64,000 bases of DNA from sequence record LR756511.1. One strand, 5' to 3'. A model generated the notes under the pieces. That model was not told where the DNA came from. It worked only from the letters and a program-made list of their open reading frames with translations, and did no database searches. A program made the translations under genes and the position numbers. Shown piece by piece: positions 35,121 through 45,485 of the stretch. Each line of letters opens with the position of its first letter. Position 1 is the first letter of the stretch.

Positions 35121-38100
35121 TTAACTTAGTCTGCTAATCAAAGCTTTCAACAATTTGTGAGTTCTCATGAACTCTTGGCGTAATTCCAATGGGGCCGCTC
35201 CCGAAAGTTGACTCCATCTTGAATGGATTTCATTGTCTGCTTGATATAGCTTGTTGGCTGCGTCTTTATCCGCCCCAAATTCCGCTTCCTTAGCAAGTAT
35301 TGCTTTCATTAATGCAATACCTTCCTGACCTGTCTTGAAGGAACCCGCCGTTCTCAACAATTCATCAACAGGCTTTGCGGCAGCAACCGCTGGCTGCGGT
35401 GCAACTTGTGGCTTTTGTGGCATTGGCGTAACCGTTGCTTGCGCTGGTTTTGATGTTGGTGGTGCAGCCGTAGCTTCTTTTCTCAAAGCGTCTTCGAATT
35501 CGGTCGCTATTTGTGCTTCATCCTTGCCTTCATCCTCTTCCTTCGCTGCTAGAACACTTTTGTATAGTTCTACGCCACGCTTACGAAGCCAAATGTTTGC
35601 CAAGAACGTAAAGTCAGCCGTATACAACGCCTTTACAATCTTAATAAGTTCACTTGGCGAAGACGGGAACTTATCTAATACTACTTCTGCTCCGTCTTCA
35701 AAGTCTTCTTTAGCTGAATCCCAAACAGGCTTCCTAGCTTCCCACTTGTCTATTAATTCATTGAAGAAGTGCTGCATCGCATCATCAATTTTGCGACCCA
35801 TTGCACCTTTATGCTGTGTAGGAGTCTTGGACATAGCCATTGCATTATTGATTGCTGTGACCATGATATTCTCAAATTCAGGCGACTTAGTAATCTCAGG
35901 AGTAGTGCCGAATTTTTCTGGATGTTTAGCCTGAAGAATTCCTGGCAACTCCTTCTGAAGAAGTTCTTTGATTTTCGCTTCACGATCTGTTTCATTCGGA
36001 TATTGCGCCTTAAGCAGCTCGTTATATTTTTCATATAAAGTCTGTGATTCTTCCATAGCCGTAATAATACTGTCCTCAGCAAATTTCATGTCTTTTTCGA
36101 TCTGCCCAGCCGCACCTCTCAAAACGTGAACGACATAGCTTCTCTTTGCTGCAAGGAATGTATCAACATTGGCAAACATTTGGTGTGGCTTGTGCGCAGC
36201 AGTAGCAACAGCACCTAGCCCTCTATGCAACCACCTTCTAACCGCACTTGTATCAATTTTAATAGCCTGCGGCTTTTGTTCTTTTGTAACCTGTCCAGCT
36301 AAGGTCTTTCCTGTATCGCCAATTGGAATATCTAAGCTCTTTATGCTGGAAGCGCCGAACTTTTTCTGCTGTCTTCTAGACAATGTATCTGCGGTAGCCT
36401 GTTGTGCTAAGCTTGCTAAATAGTTTCTGACTAATGCTCTACGATTTCGTTTGTTTATTTCCTCATCATAGTCTGACCAATCCACATGCCTAAGCAATCC
36501 AAATTTATCATCTTTGATACCATATTTCGGATTATCAAGCCAAGTTAGAAGCATGTAAGCAATGAATTTAGCAATTTCGTGTGATCTGTCCTTAAGAGCT
36601 TGAATACTCTGTTGGGACACACCCTTCTCAGCTAAATCATCAATGTAATAATCTATTAAGCTCTTTTGTTCTTCTCCAATTTTTCCTTTTTGGGCGCTTC
36701 CAAGGACTTCGCCTATCATTTTTCCCTTATATGCTTCAACGAATGCTGGCTGTAGGTCCGCTGGCACCGAAAATGACCATCGTTCTTGAGTCTTGTAGTT
36801 TGGAGAAAATCCAGCCATATAGAAACTTTTGTTCTTTGGATTGGCGTGGGGATCGCCTACGTCTCCTTGCGTGTGGTAAACCTGTGCCTGATGATGTAAA
36901 GTTTTTGTGTGATCTTTTAGCCACTCTCTTTGCTTTGGAGTTAAAATGTCCCAATTCGCAAGAACCTTCTCTAAGTCTTCAGGAGAAGCTGCAAGCTCGA
37001 AATTACCTTTGCCCTGGTATCGTTTCTTTGCTTGCTCAAAAGTTTCTTCAGCAGGATTCCACTGGTAAGGATAGCGATGACCGTCCTTATCTTCGTAGGT
37101 ACTTCTGCTTGCAAGCATTGCCTTTTGCTGATCCGAAAACGCCAAATCAGGAGGCAACTTGTGCAAGGCTGGAATTGTTTTTACAGGATTAAGGACTGGA
37201 ATGTGCGCATCCACCGACATTCCCTTTTGGGTTTTCTTCTTTTCGTCAACCTCAGTGAAATTAATCTTTCTTTGAATGGTTGGAATTTGCATATGTCCCA
37301 AACCGCCACCACTTTTCCCTTGGAAAATTTGGTCGCCACGGACATACTGAACATTCTTAGGTTGATTATTGTCCCATTTGTCATTTATAATTGTTGGATG
37401 TTCGCCAAACAAACGTTCTTCGCTTGCATTGGCTTTAATCCAGTTCATCAAGCTTTCCTGTGCTTTGCTTGGCTGTAGTACGTCATAGCCCGCGAAAGTA
37501 TGCTTTAATTCTTTCTTCATGGCAGTTTTAATCTTTTTAATTTCTGCCTGAACTGGCGCACTTTTTAATACGTTTGGGTCTTTCAAGTTCATACGCTTAA
37601 ATTTTTTCTTTGGCAATAATGGGACCATCTGATAATCAGTCATGTCGTCAATATCTTCTGGTGTAACTTCCACCATGCCACTTAGGTCAAAATTGTAAAG
37701 ACCGTGCTTATATTTGCTTAAATGTTGTGGATGTTCTTTATCTCCCTGATGTGGGTCAAGTTCCTTTAAGCTTGGACCATGTTCTTTAGGCCAATGTGGA
37801 TAATTGTCGCCCGTGTCTCCTGGTTCGATCTTTGGCTTGTCTGTTAACTTATGAGCTAGTTTTGTTAAGCCAATGTAAAAGTTCTTAGGACCGTCAGGCT
37901 GGCCAAATACCCACCACTTATCTCTACCTCCTGGTGCTGGCAATGATACAGAATCAATCCAATCGTATCCTTCAGGAATATCCGTTGGATTCTTCTGCAA
38001 TCTCATAAGCATTCTTATGCCTTCGTTGTATCTCCAGCTTAGTGCCTGCTTCCAAATCTGCGGCGGGAATTGAGAAAGAAACTTCCAATCGTCTTGATCG

Positions 38101-38243
38101 TACAATATTGCCATCTTTGGAGCTTCACCGCCCGCCATCGCCATTTCAGATAACACTTTTAACTCGGCATTCATTGCGAGCATGTGGCAAAATTCTGTTC
38201 CGTTCCACGAATTGTCTAAGAATTCTTTAAATTTAAGCAACAT
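35121..38243 (-). CDS. Large putative internal virion protein (about 1040 aa)
   Basis: MLLKFKEFLD CTS-like start with GGTG RBS; no recognisable catalytic motif. Confidence 0.8.
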   Translation of the reverse strand: MLLKFKEFLDNSWNGTEFCHMLAMNAELKVLSEMAMAGGEAPKMAILYDQDDWKFLSQFPPQIWKQALSWRYNEGIRMLMRLQKNPTDIPEGYDWIDSVSLPAPGGRDKWWVFGQPDGPKNFYIGLTKLAHKLTDKPKIEPGDTGDNYPHWPKEHGPSLKELDPHQGDKEHPQHLSKYKHGLYNFDLSGMVEVTPEDIDDMTDYQMVPLLPKKKFKRMNLKDPNVLKSAPVQAEIKKIKTAMKKELKHTFAGYDVLQPSKAQESLMNWIKANASEERLFGEHPTIINDKWDNNQPKNVQYVRGDQIFQGKSGGGLGHMQIPTIQRKINFTEVDEKKKTQKGMSVDAHIPVLNPVKTIPALHKLPPDLAFSDQQKAMLASRSTYEDKDGHRYPYQWNPAEETFEQAKKRYQGKGNFELAASPEDLEKVLANWDILTPKQREWLKDHTKTLHHQAQVYHTQGDVGDPHANPKNKSFYMAGFSPNYKTQERWSFSVPADLQPAFVEAYKGKMIGEVLGSAQKGKIGEEQKSLIDYYIDDLAEKGVSQQSIQALKDRSHEIAKFIAYMLLTWLDNPKYGIKDDKFGLLRHVDWSDYDEEINKRNRRALVRNYLASLAQQATADTLSRRQQKKFGASSIKSLDIPIGDTGKTLAGQVTKEQKPQAIKIDTSAVRRWLHRGLGAVATAAHKPHQMFANVDTFLAAKRSYVVHVLRGAAGQIEKDMKFAEDSIITAMEESQTLYEKYNELLKAQYPNETDREAKIKELLQKELPGILQAKHPEKFGTTPEITKSPEFENIMVTAINNAMAMSKTPTQHKGAMGRKIDDAMQHFFNELIDKWEARKPVWDSAKEDFEDGAEVVLDKFPSSPSELIKIVKALYTADFTFLANIWLRKRGVELYKSVLAAKEEDEGKDEAQIATEFEDALRKEATAAPPTSKPAQATVTPMPQKPQVAPQPAVAAAKPVDELLRTAGSFKTGQEGIALMKAILAKEAEFGADKDAANKLYQADNEIHSRWSQLSGAAPLELRQEFMRTHKLLKALISRLS

Positions 38244-38307
38244 CTCTTTTTCACCTTTTAGTTTATATATATTAGCCAAGAAAAGTTTTGTTTGAATAAA
38301 TAACTAC

Positions 38308-39210
38308 ATGGCTTGCAATACAAACAACACTTTGTTCCTAAATCGTCCGTCCCAACAAACAGCTAATAACTGTTGCAATGGCTCTTGCTCAGATGCTAGT
38401 TTTATCGCGCCGCCTCCTGGTTGCTGTGGTAAAATTGGTAAAAGACAATGCCGAGAAAAGGTCGTTGAACAAATTAAAGACTTGGTACTTTTGCGTTTAG
38501 GCGCACCAGTCCTCAAAATCGAACTCGATCAACAGCAACTTGACGCTGCTGTAGAATTAGCTTTACTTGAATTTGAAGAGTTTGCTGGACGCGAATATTT
38601 CACTTATTATGTTTTCAATACACAGCCAGGAAAGAGTGTCTACACAATGCCACCTGATGTGGGCTTCATTCGTCAGGTTTATTATCGTAAGCAACCAATG
38701 TTGACTTTTAACGCTTCTGACCTTGGCGGTGTGCTACCAATTGAATACTATTATCCAGGTGGTAGCTATTCCTCGATTCAAGGTGGTTTAATGGACCCAA
38801 ACACTCCGATCTATGGTCGCGCAGGCGAATGGGTTCTTTATAAGCAATACGAACAGATGTATAATCGTTTGGCAAGTCAATTGGGCGGCTGGGAATGGGT
38901 TGATGGCTATTGTAATATTAAGTTATACCCAACTCCATGTCGTTGTCATTCGGTTATGGTTCATTATTTGCCAAAGTTGCCTGACTTCAAGCGAGTCACA
39001 ACGGTTATGATTGAGGGAGCTTATTATCACGCTATGGAAATGCTTGGTAGAATCCGTGGCAAGTGGACGAATATCCCTGGACCGCAAGGCGGTTTGCAGT
39101 TGGATGGTCAGCAACTTGTTCAGGAAGCAAAAGAAGGCTTGACAAAATGGCGTGAAGACTTAATCTACAAGTGGGGCGACGGTCCCCAAGGCCAGATATT
39201 CATGGATTGA
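38308..39210 (+). CDS. Neck/head-tail adaptor protein (gp13-like)
   Basis: LLRLGAPVLKIELDQQQL, LGRIRGKW, LDGQQLVQEA. Confidence 0.88.
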   Translation: MACNTNNTLFLNRPSQQTANNCCNGSCSDASFIAPPPGCCGKIGKRQCREKVVEQIKDLVLLRLGAPVLKIELDQQQLDAAVELALLEFEEFAGREYFTYYVFNTQPGKSVYTMPPDVGFIRQVYYRKQPMLTFNASDLGGVLPIEYYYPGGSYSSIQGGLMDPNTPIYGRAGEWVLYKQYEQMYNRLASQLGGWEWVDGYCNIKLYPTPCRCHSVMVHYLPKLPDFKRVTTVMIEGAYYHAMEMLGRIRGKWTNIPGPQGGLQLDGQQLVQEAKEGLTKWREDLIYKWGDGPQGQIFMD

Positions 39211-39238
39211 GATTAATATTCATAGATTAAAATTTCAA

Positions 39239-39532
39239 TTAACTTTGTATTCCAGGCAATGTCGTTAAAGCATTCATGTTTACTGGTTGATTCGGTTGCG
39301 TTTTCTTTTTCTGGAGATCAGTTTTCATTTTGATAATATCTGCTTCTGGCGTCTGTAATATTGCTGCAACAAATTGAGCATTGTTTTTCGCTAGATTCTT
39401 TGCAGCCGTATTTACGTCTACATTATTAGCAGTAGGATTCGATAACGTATTAATAACATTGGTAGACACTTGGGGAGTAGCTGCAATTTCTGTCAATCTT
39501 TTATCATCTAACCACTGCATAAATGTTTTCAT
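39239..39532 (-). CDS. Putative internal virion protein
   Basis: MKTFMQWLD CTS-like. Confidence 0.7.
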   Translation of the reverse strand: MKTFMQWLDDKRLTEIAATPQVSTNVINTLSNPTANNVDVNTAAKNLAKNNAQFVAAILQTPEADIIKMKTDLQKKKTQPNQPVNMNALTTLPGIQS

Positions 39533-39553
39533 GAACTTATATATAATTAAGCT

Positions 39554-40063
39554 ATGCTAAATTTCAAGGATTACGTCGAGGAACCAACCCCAGGAGATTT
39601 CCTTTTACTGGTAAGACAACCAGTGCTAGAGGAAGTTGCCGATTCAACCAGATATAGCATTGAGGTTAATTTCCGAACAAAACCAGATGAGGCACTTGAC
39701 GCCTTCGCCAAAATTGCTCTTGGATACGTTTCGGCTGGTATGAAACAGCACAATTTCCATGTTAAGCATGTTTATACCGAAAAGCCTGTTAGAGTTTTGA
39801 TATCCAGCAGAAATTGGGATGATGGGGAATGGGTTGTTTTAGTCACCTGGAACGAACATCATAAATGCTTTGTTGTTTCTAAGGGATTCTACAATAAAGA
39901 CCGTGATACGGTAAGCGTTCAGTCTAGCGAACGATGCAAAGGGGATAATGCTTTTGAGATTACGAAACAGGTGTACAATATGTTACACGATTTAAAGGGT
40001 AAACCAGATCGCCACCTTGAAAAATTAAAGCCTGTTCCCCTCAAGAGAGGTCCAAAAACATGA
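39554..40063 (+). CDS. Putative internal virion protein
   Basis: MLNFKDYVEE CTS-like. Confidence 0.7.
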   Translation: MLNFKDYVEEPTPGDFLLLVRQPVLEEVADSTRYSIEVNFRTKPDEALDAFAKIALGYVSAGMKQHNFHVKHVYTEKPVRVLISSRNWDDGEWVVLVTWNEHHKCFVVSKGFYNKDRDTVSVQSSERCKGDNAFEITKQVYNMLHDLKGKPDRHLEKLKPVPLKRGPKT

Positions 40064-40467
40064 GTTTTCAGCAATGGCTAGAAAACAAGGGTGAATTTCA
40101 ACCGTTATACTTCGGCTGTGCCAATGATGATGTTGGACATTATGTTCAGGACATGAACGGAAGGCGTGAAGGTCGTTTGCGCAGCACCAATCCAAATGCT
40201 CATTTTTTGATTAACCACGATGGGCAACTAACGCCTAAAGATTCATACAAGCCCTATCAGGCTATTCTTCATCATTTCCCTCAATTCTCAGTATTAGCCT
40301 TTTGGGATAATACGGTCGATAGTCGTCCAGGTTCTAACTCAATGTTCTTGTTACCACCAGGAATTTCAGAACAAGAAGCATTAAATATGTCGGCACAATC
40401 TTTTCCTCACATATGGCAAAGATTTAAAACACCTATTAGTGTGATAAGAGTAGAGGAACATAAATGA
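40060..40467 (+). CDS. Putative internal virion protein
   Basis: MSFQQWLE CTS-like; ATGA coupling. Confidence 0.65.
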   Translation: MSFQQWLENKGEFQPLYFGCANDDVGHYVQDMNGRREGRLRSTNPNAHFLINHDGQLTPKDSYKPYQAILHHFPQFSVLAFWDNTVDSRPGSNSMFLLPPGISEQEALNMSAQSFPHIWQRFKTPISVIRVEEHK

Positions 40468-40877
40468 GGCGCGCGGCGGGCATTCTATACACTGACGGGA
40501 AGAAAATACTTCTTTTAAAACGTTCCGATGAAGTAAACAGCCCTGGAAAGTGGGCGTTTGTTGGCGGCAAGGTTGAAGATGGGGAGGACTGGTTAACTGC
40601 CGCCAAAAGGGAAAGTGAAGAAGAAATAGGCACCTGTCAAGGTGCTAAAATTGCCGAATTTCAAGTTGATAATGACTTTAAGACATTTATCTTTAAAGTT
40701 GATAAGCCATTCAAGTGCAAGCTAAACAAAGAACACGATAAATATGAATGGGTTCCACTTGACGAAGTGACCGAATATAAATTGCATCATCGCTTTAAAG
40801 ATGAATGGTCGCGCTACTTGCTAGCTATTGAAAGACATAACCATTCATTTAAAGAATGGTTGTCACAGCGCATCTAA
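40464..40877 (+). CDS. NUDIX hydrolase
   Basis: GGKVEDGEDWLTAAKRESEEEIG Nudix box. Confidence 0.92.
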   Translation: MRRAAGILYTDGKKILLLKRSDEVNSPGKWAFVGGKVEDGEDWLTAAKRESEEEIGTCQGAKIAEFQVDNDFKTFIFKVDKPFKCKLNKEHDKYEWVPLDEVTEYKLHHRFKDEWSRYLLAIERHNHSFKEWLSQRI

Positions 40878-41468
40878 TGCCGCTTCCAAGTCTTCAAAAA
40901 TTGCTTCCTTAGCTTTATCGCCCGCCCGCAAGCCGTAACTTGGATGATACGTAACTGTAACTTTTGCTTTTACGTGCGCGTCTTCATAGTCAAACCATTT
41001 CCCCCGAATATGACCAACAGGCTGATCTATCTTGAGCAAATACTTCATTGCTGACGCGCCCATACAGATAATGAGCTTAGGGTTTATGATTTTAATTTGT
41101 GCTTTTAAATAAGGTTCACAATTTTTAGCTTCTTCTGGCTTGGGCACTCGATTATTCGGTGGGCGGCACTTTAAGATATTACAGATATAAACTTCATCAC
41201 GTCCAACACCAACTGCCTTGAGAATATTGGTAAGAAGCTGTCCTGCTTTGCCTACAAAAGCTTCGCCTTCCTTATCTTCGTCTTCTCCTGGCGCTTCTCC
41301 AAGTAGCATAACCTTGGAATTAGGATTGCCTCCCTTCCCTAACTGACAGTCTTCTTCGTAATTGATGTTGTTGAATACAATTTGCGTTCTGCTGGCAACC
41401 AACTCTGGACATTTTGTACATTTGCATACTTTGTCTCTTACCAATTTAAGCATTTCTAGCTTGGTCAT
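40863..41468 (-). CDS. Uracil-DNA glycosylase family 4 (5' end supplied by the integrated element)
   Basis: CxxC, GEAPG, FVGKAG, NILKCRPP, YHPS; start re-called at 41468. Confidence 0.9.
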   Translation of the reverse strand: MTKLEMLKLVRDKVCKCTKCPELVASRTQIVFNNINYEEDCQLGKGGNPNSKVMLLGEAPGEDEDKEGEAFVGKAGQLLTNILKAVGVGRDEVYICNILKCRPPNNRVPKPEEAKNCEPYLKAQIKIINPKLIICMGASAMKYLLKIDQPVGHIRGKWFDYEDAHVKAKVTVTYHPSYGLRAGDKAKEAIFEDLEAALDAL

Positions 41469-41473
41469 TTTGG

Positions 41474-41719
41474 TTATTCCTGTTTGAATGGTTTGCCATC
41501 GTCTTCTTTCCATAAACGCCCATTCAAGAACACATATTCTGTTCCCAACTGAACGAATGCCTCATCACCAACAGGATTGAAGTATCGTGTAATGACATTG
41601 GGTGAAGCAACAGGACCATTGAAGGTTTGAGTAACCTTCACTTCCTGAGACACATAAAGTTTGTCTTTGTTGCCATCTGCGTCCACTATTGGAATAATTC
41701 TTAGTTCATTTGCCTTCAT
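41474..41719 (-). CDS. Hypothetical protein, 81 aa (element cargo)
   Basis: GGAGGG RBS. Confidence 0.65.
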   Translation of the reverse strand: MKANELRIIPIVDADGNKDKLYVSQEVKVTQTFNGPVASPNVITRYFNPVGDEAFVQLGTEYVFLNGRLWKEDDGKPFKQE

Positions 41720-41729
41720 TTGTCCCTCC

Positions 41730-42365
41730 TTATGCTGCCGCCGTTTTGAACTTGAAAGGAGGGCAAATTAACTCCAAAAAGTTCTTTCGAGCGTAAAAAG
41801 CTCTTGTAATCGATCCGTATCCTGCACCCTTTGTGCGGGCCTGGATATATTGACCATCACGACTGGTTAAGGCACCAAAGCCCTGTGTCTTCAACTTGTG
41901 ACGGATAAATTCGTAGTCCTTCTCAAGGTCTTTAATGAGATTATCTTCCTCAAGCAAATCAAATGTCGTCACCTTGAGAAGATGTGACATTGGATTGTTC
42001 CGACCATGCCAAGAGACTACGCAGAAAAGGAGACTCTTTAATTTCGCCCACAAATGGCTATCTAAAAACTCATCCCTGATTAAGTCTTCGGGATTGACCA
42101 TCGTGATAGCCATAGTTTCCTTTGGCACCCACAAGCCATCCTTTTCACAGAATGCCACTGATTTCAATTCATATCCAAGTCCATTTGGTGCCTTGCGGTT
42201 ATTGGGTGTAATGCCAGCCAGAGCTTCCAATCCAAGCCCTTTCCATCCTTTGTTAATCTTGCCGCTCTCACCAATTACGGTGATGCCTTGATTTTCTGCC
42301 AGAGGACGCAAATCACGACCTACATACTTCTCCAGCGTATCAACAGCGTGCCATCGAGTAAGCAT
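41730..42365 (-). CDS. MutH/Sau3AI-family endonuclease
   Basis: KGWKG..LE, PNG.GYELKS, KETMAIT, YIQARTKG, RAFYAR. Confidence 0.78.
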   Translation of the reverse strand: MLTRWHAVDTLEKYVGRDLRPLAENQGITVIGESGKINKGWKGLGLEALAGITPNNRKAPNGLGYELKSVAFCEKDGLWVPKETMAITMVNPEDLIRDEFLDSHLWAKLKSLLFCVVSWHGRNNPMSHLLKVTTFDLLEEDNLIKDLEKDYEFIRHKLKTQGFGALTSRDGQYIQARTKGAGYGSITRAFYARKNFLELICPPFKFKTAAA

Positions 42366-42389
42366 TACGAGCTTCCTTTGTAGTGAAAG

Positions 42390-43373
42390 TTATGCAGATT
42401 GGACATTTTTCTGTTTCTGAAACACCGCAACAATTTCTTCAACAGGATTGCGTTTATCTGTCTTGGCACTGATAGTGCGAGACACTTCGATTTTGCATAC
42501 CTTACCATTGTGCAGGTCTTGATATATCTGCTTCGAGTACCAGTTGTAATGATTTGAAATAACTACCGTCGCACCTTTTTCGGCAGCTTCCTCGGCACAC
42601 TTCGCCAAATCAATCTGGTCCTTTAGGCCAAAACCGACTTCGGCATAATCACTAAAATTAGCCGAAGCAGACAGTGGCATATACGGCGGATCGCAATATA
42701 CCACATCACCAGACTTCACCATTTTAAAAATCTCTCGGAAATCCTGGCTGTGCATTTGGAACTTTTTGACTATCTCCATGCAGCCATTGAATTCTTTTTC
42801 TGGAAAATATGGTTTCGTATATCTTCCAAACGGCACATTGAACTCGCCGCTCGCATTGTATCGGCATAATCCATTGAAGCAGTGTCGGTTCATGTATATA
42901 AACAACATTGCCTTGCGATATTTGTCTTTGGTAGAGTTAAACTCTTTTCGGAATTCATAGAAAACGTCCTCAGTGTTGTTTTTTGGAATAAACAAATTTT
43001 TCGCTTCTTCTATGAAGTTTGGCCCATCTGTCTTGAGAAACTTCCAAACCGATATTAAATCGTCATTGAAATCATTGACGATATATTCTGGATATGCCAC
43101 ATTAAGAGCAACGGAACCCGCACCAAGAAACGGCTCGATATATCGCCCACCGTTTTTGGGGAATTTCTTTTTAAGCGTATCTACTAATCGCAGTTTACCC
43201 CCAGCCCACTTTAGAAATGGCTTAGTATTATGCCCATTATCAACAACTTCTTCCTCAGCAGTTTCATCTGTTAAATTCTCTATATTCATTTTCCTCCTAA
43301 TATCGGACAGTTTGATACTTATTTTTGCCTTCGGCTTCTTTTTATGAGTAGGCTTATTTTTGCTTAACGACAT
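42390..43373 (-). CDS. dam: DNA adenine methyltransferase (Dam family)
   Basis: PFLKWAGGK, EPFLGAGSV, NRHCFNGLCRYN..G.FNVPFG, DPPY. Confidence 0.92.
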   Translation of the reverse strand: MSLSKNKPTHKKKPKAKISIKLSDIRRKMNIENLTDETAEEEVVDNGHNTKPFLKWAGGKLRLVDTLKKKFPKNGGRYIEPFLGAGSVALNVAYPEYIVNDFNDDLISVWKFLKTDGPNFIEEAKNLFIPKNNTEDVFYEFRKEFNSTKDKYRKAMLFIYMNRHCFNGLCRYNASGEFNVPFGRYTKPYFPEKEFNGCMEIVKKFQMHSQDFREIFKMVKSGDVVYCDPPYMPLSASANFSDYAEVGFGLKDQIDLAKCAEEAAEKGATVVISNHYNWYSKQIYQDLHNGKVCKIEVSRTISAKTDKRNPVEEIVAVFQKQKNVQSA

Positions 43374-43430
43374 TTCTACACCTATAGAACACACTTCACA
43401 TTCACCAATGCCACAGACACGATAATACCT

Positions 43431-45485
43431 TTATATAACTTTTTGGTCAACAGCCGTCGCAAGAAATTGTCCCTTTGTGTTTCTTTTGATGCTGGCAACC
43501 TTTTGTTTCTTGCTTTCAGATACCTTCCGACGAGTTTCCTCAGACATTGATTTGCCAAGGCGACAGTTACGCCGCCCATTGTATTTTTCGTTTATTGTTT
43601 CAAACTCTTTTGAGTCCAATACTTGTTTTGGAATAAAAGGATTGACTGAATTTATCTCGACACGACAGACTTTACAGTTGTTGTTTTTCTTACTGTTATC
43701 AAAGTAAAGAGTAACACCTTTGAGGTAAGGGCGTAGCAACATTGCTTTCTCTTCGCCAGTTGCTTGCATTACATCTTTAGAAAGACTCTGTATAGTCGAA
43801 GCTATTTCTAACAAGTGTTGCTTGCACCGCCGATATTCAGGAACTAAAGATACCAAGTTAGCTTCTAGCAACTCAATTTCACTCTGCTTCCCTTTAATGA
43901 ATTCCTTTATATCAGGGTCGTCCATATCAATAAATTTTAAAATCAATTTTTGTTTCTCTGCCTTCAACTCGGCAACTTTATTTCTTACCGATTGACTATT
44001 TTCATCAAATATCTCTTGATATATGACTTCAAAGTAATCATCACCGACAGCCGCCGTATATTTTCGCTTTTTAAAATTTTCCACCTTCTCATCATGCGTG
44101 TCGCCAGGAAGATGAGACAAAATGAACTGATACATCTTCTGAGCGACTTCTCCGCAAAACTCATGGGCGTTAGAAGATTTCACCTTTTCACATAGAGAAA
44201 TATAATTTTGGCATAACCAATTATTGAGCCAGTTGTCAATTATTTCGTGAATAACATCAGCTTTTATAGCCCCGCACTTCTCGCACCTATAGTTCTTGGA
44301 GGGCTTCCATTTAGTGCTATTGGCAATATAAAGAATATCTTGACAATTACCGCAGAATAAAAAGCACTTTGCCCAAAAATCACCAAGGTTGGCACGGCGA
44401 AGACGTTTATATCCAGTTTGATTACTTCGTAAATATTTATTTACTCGGTCCCAATGTGCAACATCTACAATTCGTATTGCCGCTCGCTCTTCTTCGGTCA
44501 ATGATATGGAGATTATATCCGTGGTTAATCGAGTTGTTTTTGCTTTTGAAGTCTGATTATCAACTGGATACCCTTTATATATCGGATTTGATAAAATGCA
44601 CTTTATTGTTTTTGCTTCCCAGCGTGTGCCAATGCTTTTAACACTTGTATTATTGAATATACAGGCAATTTCGTGAGGAGTTTTGTAATTAGGAGCATCT
44701 GCCAATTTAAATATATCTTTTACAATCTCGGCACGCTCAATATTAACAATCTCGGTTTTACGGTCGCCTTTTTCCATCACAGGAACAGATGTAAGTAATA
44801 CCCAATTATGCCCATCTTGAACCCAACGATCATGATATGGTTCTCTTTTTCCGTCAGGATATTCTTTCCACCGCATTAAAGCATAATTGGCACGACTTCG
44901 GGTATTTTTTGGAGGGTCAGTCCAGTGCCGTCCATCGCATTTTTTGTAACCGTCATAAATTACTTTATATTTAAAAATACCTTCACGATTATATACGATC
45001 CAATCGTAACCATAAGCACACATTTTGCCAGGACTTGATTTTTTCTCGATAGTTTTCCGCCGTGCAATTTGAGTTCTGTATCCCTTCTTCTCAATTTCGG
45101 CAGATGAAGCCAATTGATTTTGCACTGTCCGCATAGTCGAAGCGAGGTCAGTCATATCAACCACCTGTTCATCGTTGGCGGTGATAATTTTCATATTCAG
45201 TTGTTTCAAGGAGGTAATGAAGAAACCAATTTCGGCAGGATTCTTGAACCCTATTCTATCATGGTCACGGTAAATAACATACTCTGGTTTTGTAACTTTG
45301 AGTTTAGAAATTAAGTTATTTGCCTCATCGAGCATATCCCAGCGAGGCACGCCGTTCAAGGTTATTTCTCCAACCATGTCCCAACCCATCTTCTTAATGA
45401 ATGGGTCTATCACCATGTCTTGATTGGTTAGTTCCAGTGGATCAGAAACATTGGATTTCCGTCTTATTTTAACACAAGTGGTCAT
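43431..45485 (-). CDS. Large serine recombinase with C-terminal NUMOD3 motif
   Basis: N-terminal RKS, RDHDRIG, AYGY, recombinase domain W...TI..ILSNP.Y.G, CGNC/CEKC zinc ribbon, coiled coil, GKSMSEETRRKVSESKK; AGGAG RBS. Confidence 0.8.
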   Translation of the reverse strand: MTTCVKIRRKSNVSDPLELTNQDMVIDPFIKKMGWDMVGEITLNGVPRWDMLDEANNLISKLKVTKPEYVIYRDHDRIGFKNPAEIGFFITSLKQLNMKIITANDEQVVDMTDLASTMRTVQNQLASSAEIEKKGYRTQIARRKTIEKKSSPGKMCAYGYDWIVYNREGIFKYKVIYDGYKKCDGRHWTDPPKNTRSRANYALMRWKEYPDGKREPYHDRWVQDGHNWVLLTSVPVMEKGDRKTEIVNIERAEIVKDIFKLADAPNYKTPHEIACIFNNTSVKSIGTRWEAKTIKCILSNPIYKGYPVDNQTSKAKTTRLTTDIISISLTEEERAAIRIVDVAHWDRVNKYLRSNQTGYKRLRRANLGDFWAKCFLFCGNCQDILYIANSTKWKPSKNYRCEKCGAIKADVIHEIIDNWLNNWLCQNYISLCEKVKSSNAHEFCGEVAQKMYQFILSHLPGDTHDEKVENFKKRKYTAAVGDDYFEVIYQEIFDENSQSVRNKVAELKAEKQKLILKFIDMDDPDIKEFIKGKQSEIELLEANLVSLVPEYRRCKQHLLEIASTIQSLSKDVMQATGEEKAMLLRPYLKGVTLYFDNSKKNNNCKVCRVEINSVNPFIPKQVLDSKEFETINEKYNGRRNCRLGKSMSEETRRKVSESKKQKVASIKRNTKGQFLATAVDQKVI

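Noticed and set aside
35335-36423. Overlapping ORFs within the 1040-aa gene
   Set aside because: Antisense or alternate-frame shadows without RBS or motifs.
43431-45485. Recombinase as evidence that the whole phage is temperate
   Set aside because: It lies within its own repeat-bounded islet in the UDG gene, so it more likely mobilises only that islet.
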